64,000 nt of DNA, taken from assembly GCA_036172245.1 (NCBI GenBank), contig JAYWIR010000045.1, positions 1 to 64,000 of the forward strand. The letters run 5' to 3'. A model generated the notes under the pieces. The model did not search any database. It was not told the DNA's origin and was given only the letters and a program-made list of their open reading frames with translations. The position numbers were made by a program, and so were the translations under genes. Positions within the stretch are counted from its first letter, which is position 1. Each line of letters starts with the position of its first letter. This stretch comes from Raillietiella orientalis. Taxonomy: Eukaryota. Positions 47,301-61,900 of the stretch are shown here, piece after piece.

Positions 47301-47544
47301 AGGGAATGCAAGGAGTACGCGGAAGTTGTCTAGCGGGAGTGTAACACAAAGTTCCTTATGGGACGCCTGCGTTCGTCCTTCGGAGGCGTGGTGGGTACCT
47401 GGAGCACCGGCAGCATGTCTCAAAGCCGACGGTGCTTCTGGAAAAATAATTTCGTAAGTCAGTGGGTTTTAAATAGGAAGGTATGGGGGTAGAGGGTGGA
47501 AAAGAAAGGAGGTGAGAAGCACTGGTCTGGAGGGTAGAAGTAGA

Positions 47545-48009
47545 TTTGCCCAAAAAGACTTTCGCACAGAACCCGTCCCCTGCCACTAAGTGCATCGGAG
47601 AGGTAGCTACTGGGAGACTGCGACTACTAAGCCCCTGCGTACTGTCCCAGTACCGAGAGAAAGAATGACAGCGGGGTAGCTGGGGAGATCCCTGATGCCC
47701 GGGTCTTCGGTCAAGGAGACTACCAAGGTCCGGCTGAAGAGATCTCGCTTGTTGACCTTTCATTTTTTTCGACAGGGAATTTCTCTTTGTCCCACCACTA
47801 AGTGGACGAGCAAGAGATGCCGTGCGTGTGCTGCTTCTCCGTCTTTGGGATGTCTCTGGGTGCGAGCGCACCGGGGAAAACTTGCCATCTGGTTGCGAAA
47901 CGAGCCTTCTAACTGTGCTCGCTGCCTACAAGGGGAGGGAGTCTGCCACTCCTTCTGCTACAGCTGACGAGTGGTCCTTTGAGGGAGGCGACAGCTCAGG
48001 AGGTGCCGA
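47545..48009 (-). repeat. Inverted twin of 33481-33945
   Basis: Near-identical reverse complement, continuing into a C/T-rich tail toward about 47350. Confidence 0.95.
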
Positions 48010-51000
48010 GTGGCTCAACATCGAATGTCAATCCACGGGCCTGCATCCGAAGACGCAAGAATTCAGCCGTGAGCGAGGTCCCATGTGAGGATGGCGCTGG
48101 ATAGACCGCAGATGAAGTGGGACATCCTGGAGGGTGTGTGCTGGAGCACGTACGGAGCTTCGCATACAAACACGCCACAAATCCCGAGGTTTCCTCGCTC
48201 CTGTATCCTTCGAAGTCCTTGATTCGCGATTCCGCAAACTTCTCTTTCATGATTCCTTCACTCCATCTTTCTTCTTAGCTACCTTTGACTTCCGGAGCTG
48301 CTGCTTTCGTTGAATCAGGAAGTCCCATTTCTTGAGAATGCTAATAGAACGCTCCCCCTCTGCATCCTTCTGCGCCTTGGAAGATGTTCCGACCTGGCTT
48401 GGTCCCGAAAGGATTGTTTGCTCTCGATGAGCGAAAATGGAGACGCTGTTATACCTCTTTGATTCGGAGAGACGGTCGCGCGTCTCCTGTCTTCTGTTCG
48501 GAGGTTCCGACCCGGTACCAAAGGAATTGATCGGTGAAGAAGACTCGAGCCATGAATTACCAGCACCGCTGTGTTGCAGGACAAGATCGCTGCGCACAAC
48601 GCAGAATTGACGAATGAAGACACCACCGGATGCGTGCCACAGGGATCAAAGGGAAAAGGGAATTTCCTGCTTAAACACGCTGCTGTTCACGAAACACCCG
48701 GTTCGCAAAAAAAGGGCTGCATCCTGGGAACTGCTGATAGCGGTTTCCAAGGCAATGAGAACGCGATGACGATGCAATCGAGCCATGCGACAACTGACTA
48801 AAGAGAGTATTCGGTGCAAAAACCAAGTAAAGAGAAGAAAGGTAACTATGGTTTATCCTTCTATTCTTTGTCAATAATGATTACCATCATTTATGCCTAA
48901 CTTATTTTAGAATTTTTTTTTTTGACACTCAGAACTAGGATAAGGAGAATCATGTTTAATCTTCAAAGGTACTAAGTGAAGAGTAACATTGTTGTTAAGG
49001 CATTGACCCTCTGAAGTCAGGTGCTAACCCTTAGTTAGCAAACAAAAATAGACCACTTTCAAGTTTGAGATTTCTGTATTTGATGGATGTTTTTCTGATT
49101 GCTTACAGATAAAGTGATCGAAACACTCCCTTCTTCATTTGTATGCTTCCCTTTTGTGTGTGTGGTGTGTGTGTGTGTGTAACACAGATGATGCAATTGG
49201 CAAATTCTGAATAAATCATTCATGAAAGTGACAAGTACTAGCAATTACCACGATCAAGCGTCTCCGAAAATGTTCTGCTCTGTGGCCGTCGGACCAAGAA
49301 CGAAAACTTGAGTCCGCAATTTAAATTTTTTAAAAAAGGCAGAGCACGGATCAGCAAAGTACATAGGTCTGGATGGGGGATGGGGAGGAAAAAGAAAACA
49401 CCCCGTTTCAATGTGATTCGATGTGATTCGCATAAAAATTCTCTTCGCTTTAGTTATTTGTTTGTCACATATGGTTTGGGTGATATTAAAAAAGTAAGCA
49501 CTTTATTGGGTTTCCTTTCGATTCTACGTAGCTCGTATGGCTGATGTCGTTTTCCGGAACATATAGGTTCATTTTATTGTTTTTCTGCTCAAATCCATTC
49601 ACTACGAAACTAATGACGAATCGAAAAGTAATCAAAGGTCGAAAACCCTCGGCTTTCATACAACAGCAAATCATTTTTTAACTGATTAGCACGCAAGGTA
49701 CACGAAGCCGAACTTGCATTACGAGATGAGATTACTTGCTTCTAATGAGATTACTTGAGAAGGGCACATTTGTACATTGCAATGAAAGTACAAGTGTTCT
49801 TGTTCGCATGATACTCCCCTCAAGCGGATCATGGGATGGGTTGAAGCTTTCCTCATACTGATGTTCTCTTCCCTCCCCCCTTTCTCCATACGTTCGTTGT
49901 ATGGCAACAAATTACCTTTTTTAAGGGTCCTCGACTTTCTTTGGAGATTTGCAGCACGAGCATGCGGAGATGTGGTTACAAGACTCCATGTCTTGACCTG
50001 CCCCACAATACATCAAGACTGGCAGACTCTGAAAAGGGTCATAGGGCTGCAGAATTACTCGCTAACGGAAGTCCTAGCCAAGATGTTTCAGGAAGTGAAA
50101 ACGTCCCTTGTTACAATCCCACGGTTAGGATGACCATTGCCCTATTCATCACCACCATCCTCATCTGAACCTACATTATTGTCACCAATTTGGTTTTTTG
50201 ATCACTCATAGAAATACTAACCTTACCCTACTTACCACTCTCATTTTCGGCAAAGTTATTCGAAATTACTTGTCCCAACATTGTCCTGTTATTCCCCTCT
50301 GTTAAGAAACCCTGATTATGAATACAAAGCCTTCGCCAATAAAACTTAGAATAAGGAAATGCTTACCTGAAAGCACCCTCTTCAAACAGGTACATGTACG
50401 AGCAAGGACACTCCTACGTTTCTGTTCTTACTTACGTCAGTGAAGCAAACAATCTCTTCAAGCACGAGAACATAAGGAGCCAACAAATCGGATTAAACCC
50501 CTGACGAGAGAGTAAACAAACGATCGAGACACACACAAAACTGGCTTAGCAGGAAATTTTCAGATGCAAGGAAAAGGTTACAAGATGGCAACCGGACATT
50601 TGGTTTTCTGCTTACATTGTTAGAACCAGGGTATGCCCCCACAGTCCGAATTCTCTTCGGCAAGTAATCTCCCTATATATATATAATGACTTTGCTAACG
50701 ATCGAAATCATCCACGAGTGAACTTCGATTAATTTCCTTTCTAATTCTTTATACCCTTCCTAGGCATTCGTTGAAATTCACGAAGCCCCTTCGTTTATGG
50801 TTATGCTATCTTATGAAACACAGTTTAGTAAAGTGAAGGGGTGGAAGTAATTGAGATCAAATAAAAACAAACCGAAAACCAGGTAGCCGAATGAGGGTGC
50901 ATTATCATTGGTGGTTGCATTGTTTATATTTATTTCTTCAAACCCTTAAGTGTGACTCATAGGAGAACGAATGATTTTCCCGGATAATGGGTTTGATTTC

Positions 51001-51189
51001 GTTAAGCTAAATAAATTAAGACGTATCAGTTCCTTAGTAGATGAGTATCCTTCAGATGATTACTGCTGCAATTATACCCATGCAAATACAGCATAAATGA
51101 AAATACGTCGTTGTCAGTTTATTTAGAAACCGCCAAATCACGCATGATCCAAACTGCCGCCGGACATCCAAGACTTCCAGCTGATGTTT

Positions 51190-51720
51190 TATCATGGGGG
51201 GAAGGGGGGGGGGATCCTGTGAGGCACGAGGCTTCGATACTGGACCGGGAACCCCGATGATGCACAATGCCCCTCATGCGGGACCATCGAAGATGACATA
51301 TATATATTCAAACCCTCGTCAGGGGCTGAAAAGTGAGCAGGCAAGCAGTTAACAGCCAAAGATAAAGACAGATTCTTCGAGGAATCTTTGAGGAAAAAGG
51401 AATACTCCCCTTGAACAGTCCCATGTTGCATGTACGCCTAGTGTTCTTCATTCGCAGCATCCTCATCAGGACCAAGCTCGGACGGGATAGCAGATGACAG
51501 AGAAGTACCTCTTCAGAAAAGAAAAAAAAATTGGAATTCGAGGTTGTGGCAAGTCCCAACCTTGACCATACGCTACACCTTCCAGATTGAAGCGGACACT
51601 TCCTTTAGTGCAAAACCTCGAGCGTAAAATGGTGTTTGAGGTCCCAGTACCCAAACTCACCCCTTCGTCAACAGCGTCCCACAGGAACAATGGTACCCTT
51701 GTCCTGTAGCAGGAAGAACG
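51190..51720 (-). mobile_element. Diverged LINE 3' fragment
   Basis: EEVLLCHLLS read, and a ggatccccccccccttcccc tail like copies A-C. Confidence 0.35.
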
Positions 51721-52837
51721 GCTGTGAAACCCTTTTAATGTTGCCTTGGCAACAGACTTGTTAGCTTGATTGCTTGTTTTGTTGGATTAAGTTTATCCCT
51801 CCCATTGCAGAAAAGCTGAAATCATGCCTGATTCCTCGAGTTAAGATGCGTAACAGAAGAAAACAAAATATATTACATCTGACATGTTTGAATGATTAAA
51901 TCTAGTACGAATCCGTTCCTTCAAATGGATCCATTGTTCTATTTAGGGTTCTGGATTGATCGATTCCAATCAACGGATATCATACGGATATTTTCCCACT
52001 GAAACCAATGGTCGTAATGCAGGATTGGAACTTCGTCTTGAGAAATTAGCAAGTTTCTTCGCTTTGTTTCTCTTTGAACAGTAATTTGAATTTTTTTTTT
52101 TTTTCCTGGGGTTTTTTTTTTTTTTTTTAACAGTATGTTAGACTTGATTTCAAGTTATTTTCATTAAAAAAAATGTTCATAAAACAAATTCAATTTTCAT
52201 ATACACTAACTGTAACTTCTAAACACATGAAGGGTATTTCCAGTGCTGAACAAAAAAAAGATGAGCGGAATGTGACACATTATGCACCCTGTCCTAGAGC
52301 AAAATCTGTTCACTTCTGTTATTTATGGAGTGAATCTTGGGGCAGCGACTATCCAAAGAAATACAATAAAAGTTTGATGGTACAAGTCACAATCAGCCAC
52401 AAAATTGGAACAGCTGGCCAAAGTGCTCTTTAGGAATCACAGAAAAAAGGGCACTTTTGAAGAGAACCAGACAAAAAATTATTCCGATGTGTTGGTTACG
52501 TACGTGTAATAATATATTTCGAGTTCGTATTAAAGACTCATGTAAGAAAATAGGAATTCGTTGCTTTGCAAAATTGCAAACCTGATCAACAGCAAAATCT
52601 ATTTAGATGTTGCTCTTATTTCCAATGCATGATAAAATGGCTGGATCCATGAAATCCAACACTACTGCTCTTAAATATTGGCAGCTGCACATTCAAAATA
52701 ATACTGCTAAATATATTTGCATAAATCCAAATACTGGTTTGGTATATATTAGAATAGTTACATTTAAAGATATTGATGTACCAATCATTTGAATTAAAAA
52801 TAGAGTCGAAATTTAAATTCTTTTTTCATGTAAACAA

Positions 52838-54881
52838 TCACTTAATTGGGACATTTTTTAGAGTAGCACATTTGATAACACCATTGCAAGTCATAAGAAA
52901 GTGCCCTTTCCATTGTGCTTCACAACATTCAGAAGCATATAAATTTGCTTGCAAATGTTCCCATATTTTCTTTTTCGGATTTAAAATAGTATCTGGCTCT
53001 CCATCAGTATATCCTTGGACAAACACACGATCCCCAGGACAGCTATTCTCAGGAGGGATCAATGGTTCCACTGATTTGGAGTCCACACTGAAGTAACAAA
53101 TTTATCAAGTAAACCTGAGAATCGGAATTCGCAAAATAATCACCTGGAAGCACAAAGAACCATTCCACAAGATTCAATGCCTCTCATGCGAACAGGTTTT
53201 AGATTGCATAATACCACTACAAGCTGATCTTGCAACATTTCTTTCTTGACATAGCCTACCAATCCACTGATAATTGTTCTTGGTTTTTCTTCACCAAGAT
53301 CAATTTGTTCTACATAAAGTGAATCAGCATTTGGATGATCTTCAACTTTAACAATACGTCCAACACGTATGTCTAATCTACTAGGTAATATTTCTTTTGG
53401 TTCTGCTACAGAAGGGAGCTTACTGACTTTCAAACCTACCCCTTTAGCTAAAGAACATTAAGACATACTCATACTGAAAGTTAACAGCTTACTACATTTC
53501 TCTGTTGACGGATATGCTGATAAGAGAATACGCTGATAATCCTTATTCTCAAAAACCACTCTGATAGGCTCCAGAAGCTTATTTATCTCTTGTTCTACAG
53601 CGGCTTTCAAATCACCTGGATGTAGCTCCCCCAAACGAAAGCTTTCTTCTAATTCTGGATATGTATTAAATGTAACTGTACCACCATGTTCAAGAGAGCG
53701 AACAATTTTAAGGCCTACTAAAGATGTCCTACACTCTGTCATACAACAAAATACCAACCATTTTTTTCCGCAGAAATTGGAAAAAGAACATGGTGAACAA
53801 AGGACAAGATCCCATTCTCTTCAATATTTCCAGGCTCACAAAATGCCTTTTTCAACTTCTTCTTAACAAGTTCTGGAGTATCAAGCAAGTCAATTTTTGA
53901 GTCCTCTTCAGAGGATGACATTTTGGACCCAGTTAAACCAGGGACTAAGCATACACCTAGCAAAACATTGCAGCTGTCTCACACATACCCATCGGATTCA
54001 TCAAATGAATCCGCTTTTCATAGCCTAACTGTGGCAAATATTTCTCTGCAAATGTAAATATACGTCTCTGGTCAACTCCTCCAAACTGAGCATCAACTTT
54101 CAAATGTTCTTCATCCAGAATCTGCAATCCTGATTTAAAACCTAACGCAGATCAAAAAAACAACTCTTTCACCTGGATACAGAAGACCAGATAGTAAAGG
54201 ATGTTCCACTTGCTTTACTACTTCAGCCCCTGCTTTCCTAGCATCATGCTCAGTAACCATAGAACTGAGTTTGTATACATCCAGAACATATTCCCTATTG
54301 GGGAAACAAACTATCAATAGCAATATACAAGTAAAATAGGTCTTACCTGTTAAGCTGATAAGAAGATCCCCATACAAACTTTAATTGCTCTATTGGCACT
54401 TTAATAGAAAGCAACAAACTTTTGATTACGATCTCGTAATATTGTGCACGGAAACGTAAAATTTCCCATGATGTTTTCTGACTATCTAAGTATCCATGAA
54501 GATCAGCAATAAGCACAGTTACCTGCAAAACATGGTCAGGAAGTAATGTAGAATACCACAAACTGTCTCAGAAATCATAAAAATAGCGCAATTAAATGGC
54601 ACATGATTAAGTGCTATGATCAAAACATTTTACAATAACGGATCGATTTCATCATTTACCTCACAGCCTGCTCTTAGAAAATCGGCTATTTTGATGATCG
54701 GTACAAAATATGCAATATGTGGTTTTCCAGTTGTTGCAGTACCCCAGTACACTTTTAAATTTCTTTCCTCCAATATATCTCTCAGTTTACTTTCACCTAG
54801 AACTTCTTGTAAATTCCTAGTAATTAATGTGTATTTTTCTTCAGGAGTTTGGGGAGAATGGTTGGCCAGAGATTCGGTCAT
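52838..54881 (-). CDS. YARS1: Cytoplasmic tyrosyl-tRNA synthetase with C-terminal EMAP II-like domain, 8 exons
   Basis: Exons 54881-54660, 54522-54347, 54294-54173, 54129-53989, 53944-53759, 53714-53493, 53447-53144 and 53087-52838. Motifs [51 protein letters not shown]...HPNADSLY and [21 protein letters not shown]. Confidence 0.97.
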
Positions 54882-57800
54882 ATTATTTCTAAGAAAACAA
54901 ATGCTAAGTATACGCAACAAAAATGCTTTCGGCAAGCACTGCATAAATTCGCACTTCCAAAACGTAATGGAAACTGATGATTGAATTTGGGATCCTGCAA
55001 AAGATTTTCTGTCAACGAAATGAAACCACAGATACGGGACTGTGAACCGATTTCGACTCGAGCCGATTCACCCAGCCATCATAAATTCGCATCGTTCCCC
55101 CCAAGCGACCTAGCTCTGATTTCCCTGCAGGAGGCACACTTAACGGTTCCGGAAATGATTGCAATGCAATTGGTGTCGTCAATAAGCACGTTTTCCATGT
55201 AAAAACAAAACAAAAAAGAAACAAAAAAAACACTTCACCATTCTCATTTTCGGACGATATCTTTAAAATACCACCCTAAAGAAGCATAGTCAGACTGATA
55301 AGTAACGTCTTTTCAAGGATATTGAAGTTTCGACTTGCCGGCGTTTGAACCATCAGCTGTTTCCAATCTAGAAATGTACTTGGAATCATTCGATAAGAAC
55401 ATCATCCTGAACCTTCATTCTGTCTCAAGATGAGGAAAACCTCATCGAATCGATAAAGAGTCCGAGGAGAAGGATGACATTTTGGACCATTCAGGTGGGC
55501 GAGCTGTTTTTTCACGAAACGGAAGCCAAAAAAAAGAAACTGTTACAAAACATTACATGATGAAGCAGAAATCACCATTTGGAAATCCTGTCTACTAGGA
55601 TTCCTTCATAAAAGACATCTTTCATTGTTTCTGGATGATGATGAAATGTATCAAGAGACAACCGCTTTCATTACCTTTATTAAGTGCACCTAATTGTAGA
55701 TAATTATTTGCAGTTCAAGGCTGGCACAAACTGATTACAAATAAAAACAATGCACACCAAGTTTGCATTTTGAAACGATTTTTACGCTACATCAAAAATG
55801 AAAACTTTTTTAATTCAAGCATTTAGGAATAAATGCATTGATGACTTTGAAAAAAATGGCATAGCGGAAACATTGAAATGAAAAGTCGAAATTGCTTTTT
55901 TCAAATACTTCAAATTTCAAAAATGTAGGTATGTTTTCCTTTTTTAAAATAATAGGAATAATAAAAATGCCCACTGTATATCATGTATTTTTCTTATCAA
56001 GTGTTACTTGTTTTCTACAGATATATCAAAATCCCAATGCATCTCATACTCGAAAAATGAAATCTGGAGTGCAAATTGTAATAATTAGGAATATTATAGA
56101 TACTAGATGGTAATTCTATTGCCACACTGTTAGGTTTCTCGGATAATTACCGGAGACATTTGACCCTTAAATTAACCATTTGTTTTTCATTATTCTCAAC
56201 AAAATTTTATTGATTGAAGGCTGAATGAAATGAACGCTACGAATCATTGAACTTGCATGCTTTTTGTCCACACCATGTCATGTTTTTTGTATTAAAGAAT
56301 GCAAACATATGCAAATAACAAGAATTAAAGTGCCCAAAGAATTCGTGAATTAATTGGTTAATAGTATGGATGCAGTAAATGCGTACATTAACTGACCTTT
56401 GTAGATAATATAGTCTGTTGCTTGCACTTATCCACAAGTGCAAAAAATAGACTATATTTTCTAAAAAGATTTACCCCACCGAGTGAATAATTCAGTAATG
56501 TGTTATTCATAAAAAATGAATTTAGTTTCTGTAACACTAAATTAGATAAAGCTAAGGATTCCACCGATAACATTACCGTATTACTGACTGTGTGTTGCAG
56601 TCAGAGGTGCTTCCTCGCAATGATTTCTAAAAAAAATTCATGTGAATTTCTAAGTCGCTGAAGAAAATGCTGTTTCTTAATCTTGAATATTAATGGTACA
56701 ACAGATGTGCGGACAAATAGAGTGATAATTATGAATCCGTGTGCTGAATTCAGGTCTTGGCACAGACTTCAGTCAGCAAATCCGTGTCGAACATTGTCCA
56801 TTCTAGATAAACCATCCTGATTTTTGTAAAAATGTTTCGTTTTCTATCCACAGTGCTTGACACCATCGTAATCTGGATTCTGTTTGTTTCATTTTTTTTC
56901 TTTCAGCCATTAGGAATACATATACATTGGTTCATTATGGAACTACTTTGTCAAAGGATATCAAAGTAGCCTTAAGAGTTATATAAATCTCTAAATTATT
57001 CATTCAGTTCTCTGGTATAAATATAACTCCATATTCATCAAACATCCAAATACTTTAAAAGTGTAGTAATCATAAAGTGCCTAACATTTTTACAATTTTG
57101 ATTTGACAGAATCAAATTAACAAAACTGAGTTGCTTAATGTACCTTTCTTGCAATTATTTGCAACTGAACCATTTTTGAAAAGTTCCTTTGCAAATAATT
57201 TTAGTAATCATAATGTTGCTATAATGTGCTTGTTGTACTTGATCATTTTCGTTCATGACATGTTAATTTTCTTGTAAGTGAAAAGGAAATATAGCTAAAA
57301 CCGAACAAAATGAAACTCCCTCCTTAAAAAAAAAAAACCTTTTTTTTTAATTTGATGAGAAAGTTACTGAATAAACTACTTTGACAACTAAGTACATAAA
57401 ACAAGTATTTTTTTTTACACCTCCAAATTCAAATATATATTCTTCAAAATGCCTCTTGTGTTTCTTTGACAAATATTCGGAGAAACTAATTGATACTTTG
57501 CTAGTCCGTACACAAGTGTAGTGATATTGAGCATACTATGCGCTTAAACTGAAATAAAACTCTTTTTAATGGTTTTCAATGATTCTATACTTTTACTAGT
57601 TATGAAATCACTCATTGATGTTACGGTTTGAACATGAGTTTGAGTTTTGAACGTGCTTAAAAGCTTTATGACATGCATATTGCTCAAGGAATCTTCATCA
57701 TGGAAATCCTTCTAGACGATCACAAGGGATGCTGGGAAATCACGCGAATAATATGAAATGTTTTCAATTTTTGTTGTTTTAAAAAAGGGATTTGTAGAGT

Positions 57801-58933
57801 GATTGAACATCTAACAAGGTATTGGAGTAGAATAGATTCCTAGAAATGCATACAGTGTATTATTTTGTTTTGATAAATTGTCTCGACACAAATATCTTTC
57901 ATTCTTCATTTTTGAGATGATCAGAACAATAATTTTAAAATGCAATATGCGAGTATTTGAAGTCCATAGTGAAAAATTAATGGAACTACGCATGCTGCTT
58001 TCATAATAACGAAATGAGCAATGAATGGCAATGAATTCCACGAACTGAGATAATTTGGAGCAGAAGATCTCAAGACCAGTTTTTGACGTCATATAGTTTT
58101 CGATAATACCTTCTAGCTTAAAACAGTACGATTATCAGTATCCTTTCGTCAAAAAGAATCTCTTTAAAGATTATTGCATTTATTCTAAGCTACTATGCTC
58201 TCAACCACAGTCATACATATTTAATCCTTCACTCGAAATGTTTCGTAATCTTTTAAATTATATGCAAATATTTGCTAAAGACAGAAAATATATTACAGAA
58301 AAGTTCATAATCTGATCCGAAATACTGCTCATTTCACATTAGAAGAGAAATAGCTTTGGGTTGTAAAGTTTGGAAGAAAAGAGTTGCAGAATTTGTTTTT
58401 AAAATGTTCTAAATATTTTTATAAAATGTGAGGGATAGTCATAAATTAGCATTGATTATGTGGCATGTTCTCTTCACCAATTGTTTGTGAGGATTACAAT
58501 AATGGTTGTTTGGTATTTTTTTAAATATGAAGAATAGGAGCAGATAAAAATGGAATGCTTTGGAGTTCCAGAAAAAAAATGAAAATTTCTTGAGGGACAG
58601 TGGAAAATAATTATACCTATATTTCTGCATGGTGACTTTTTACAGACTTGGACGAAATCTTATATGGATTCAATGCTATGCTACGTATTAATGTTTCAAT
58701 ATTATTAATAGCTAGGTAGAATATTTTAAATACTTAGTTTGGCGAACTTTAAAAAGACCACGGAGAGTTGAGAAATACATGGGTGCCAAGTAATAATGTG
58801 CAAAAAAGGGAGCTTGTCTTATTCTTACCTGCCAACATTAATTAGACGTTTGATCCGAATTTAGCTGTTTCTAAGTTGTTGTGAATATCAGGAAATTACG
58901 AGAGCCATTGCTTACTTTTGGAAATAAGAAAAA

Positions 58934-61900
58934 ATGTCTTCCTTGAAAGCATCATATAAAGAAATACAGGTATGTCCCGAAAACACAATAGCAAAAAAAT
59001 TAATTGTTTTATTCAGGACTTAAAAGAAATCTGTAATAATATACGAAAATATTATCAACTTAAAGCTGATTCAGAAACAGTAAGTAGGAAAGAATCTGTA
59101 AAAGTATTTGTTCCATCGATGAAACTTGAGCCTGAACATAGCCATTTATGCATTTTTTAATGTTATGTATCCTTAATTTTCATTTTACGTAATGTTGCTT
59201 AGATTACCGAATATAGGTTTTTCTGAACCATTAAGGATACCAGAAAATTCTCCTTTAATTGAAAATTATCTGTCTCGCTAGGTTCTAGAAGTCAAAAAAC
59301 TGATCCTTTTACTTAGAAGTAAAGAGAGTGAAATCCAGCATCATGTAAAGTCATGTATTATTTGGCTTATTGAAAAGCAGTGGCTGTCTTCAAAGATTGC
59401 TCTAGATGAACTTCTTCTGGCCTTCAGACAAGTCAAGTAGATAGTGGCAGCTTTCAAGTCATCAAATTGAATAATTTGTTTTATAGGACCAATACTTATA
59501 TCTTGTCCATTGTGTGTGGAATTGTGGGGCTGCAGCTAAAAACTCTTACAATTAACTCAGAAAGCAGGAATGCTCTCCAGGAATATGAAACAATGGCAAA
59601 ATTGGTGGAACCATTGTTTGCAGCACTTCTTATCAGTCCAGATCATTGGACCTATGTAATAGAGAAAATGAAGGCCTTGGTTCTGTTGTCAGATTCAAAG
59701 TAAAGTTGTTTTCTTTTTTGCGAATCAATTTTAAATTATGTTGGGAGGATGCAGAATCAAGTTGCTGTATTTGCCGATTGCTCCCTTCTCTTTGCTTCAT
59801 GTTATCCTGACTTGCCCAAAACTTTGTGCAGCTTTCAGTATTATGTGGCAGATGTAGCATTCTTAACATTGAAGACTGGACGCCAGCTCAGTCCAGAATT
59901 TATAAAGCTGCTGTTTAGCTGGTTTCAGGTATGTTTACTTTCTTAACAAGCACAGTTGTTACATTGATTTAGATCAGAAGTCCAGGTGATGAAACTTTCT
60001 TTGTACATATTATGATGCAGTTTTTGCATCATGCCCTTCATTATGGACATCATAGTTTGCTGAATTTTTTGATTCCCTTGTCGTTTAATATCTTGAAAAC
60101 AAAAATGTCATTGATTCTTCTTCATCTTCTAGAAAAAACAATAACAGGGATACAGATTACTCCTGTTATAAGTGTTCAAGTTGCTAATCTTTTTCTTAAT
60201 TGTTTTTCATCCGAATGGGAGAAAATGCTGAACATTTGTAAGCCCATCAGTAATCATTTTTGTTATTAAACCATGCTAGGCACTATCCTTCTATCAACAA
60301 ATACATGGGTGCACAACCAGCTGCTGGTTTTGATGTTTGTTCCAGCTCTCCTAAAGATTGTTACTACAAACCTTCCTTGTTATGCTAGTCATAAGAAAGG
60401 GGCCTCTTACTGTCTGAAACAAATTGAATATTTGCTAATGTTGAATCCTTGTGACCTGAAAGACACTGATCCACATATGCAAGTAGTTGATCTCTGGCCT
60501 TATGAACATATTGTTGCTCTGACAGAATGTTTTGTAAAGCAACCAATGTGCATAGAAACCTGGCAGAAAATAGGAGCAAAGCACTTTACTGGGTTGGAAA
60601 TACATTTGCTCATGGCGTGCTTTCTGAAATACAAAACAAAAAACATCTTTGCTGTTCTTGTGGACTATGCTAAAAAGGACAAGATTTCCATTTGGTATCT
60701 ATTACCACTTCTGTTGTATGCCATCAGTATGACCAAGTGCCCAACTCAGAAAGTGCAGCTTTTGTATTGTTTGCCTCTATGTGTGGAGTGCTCCTTACTG
60801 ATTGGTCCAGTTCTTGCAGTACTTCAATCCCTCCAGCAAATGCCCTTGCTTAGTGACCTTGCTCTTCGATTGCTATGTTTGTGTTGGCAGAGACAATCTC
60901 GCTGTCTACCTTATCTGGAAAAAGCCTTTTTGCAACAGTCATTTGACAAGGATACTTTTCTTGAATTGGTTCAAATGCACACAATTTGGGAACAGTGTCG
61001 ACAAGAGTAAGTTTGTAAACTATAGGAGCCAATAATGAATTTTTTTAGAGGAGATCGTTTTGGTGCTTTTCACTTACCTCGAATATCTGCTGCTCTCAAT
61101 AAATATGAAAGTTCAAATCATGCTGTTACAGTTCTTGCTCTGGACTGTGTGTATCATTTGTGTGAAAATGAAGTTGTTGATCTTCGAAAGACCTGGAACA
61201 GCATATCACCAAAGCTTTCTCGATCCCAACAACCATTCATAATTCGTCAGTAAGTTTATTAGGTGTTTATTCATAATGAATATGTAATGTTAGCTTATGC
61301 CATCTGTTGTCCTTGGTTCCCAAACTTTCAGTTGCTAGTCCTGAGTATGAAGCTTTCACCGATCAAATGGTAGAAAAGTTATGGACATATACCTTGGAAG
61401 ATGAATCAGAAATTGTGGAGGCAGCATTCAAGTACGTTCTGGTTATTTACTTTTTATTTTTTAATTATTTTTTTTTCCTTGCAGGGCATTAGCAGCATTT
61501 CCATGTTCTGTTCATAGCTTTAAATTGATGCCTTTAATTGCCCAGAGCTCATTACCCTCTGCAAAGATGTGTTCCGGAGTTCCAGGTGGGTATATTAAAT
61601 AGAACTTGTCTTATTTTTTCTTCAGGAATGGCATTCTTCAACATTCTGAAATTTCTCCCCGAGACCAAGTGCCATTTGATTACAGTTTTACTTTGTGCTT
61701 TATTGTATGAAGAAGTGACTAATTTACCACGTGCAACAATGCATAATGCCACAATGCAAGCAAAACAAGAATCTTCCCAGGAACCTTCTTCTTATTGTTA
61801 TCTCAATATTAACAGTCTTCTCAGAGCAAGTCAAGAATTACTATTGAAGAGTTCCTGGAATGCTGTTAGACTCAAACCAGTACTCAAGGCGCTGACACAA

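Noticed and set aside
50367..50395. First coding exon of the ankyrin gene (MYLFEEGAF)
   Set aside because: Its phase-2 end does not join the phase-0 exon at 37585, and no bridging exon was found.
55370..56140. Small gene divergent from YARS1
   Set aside because: Splice-like sites are present but no consistent reading frame or recognisable protein.
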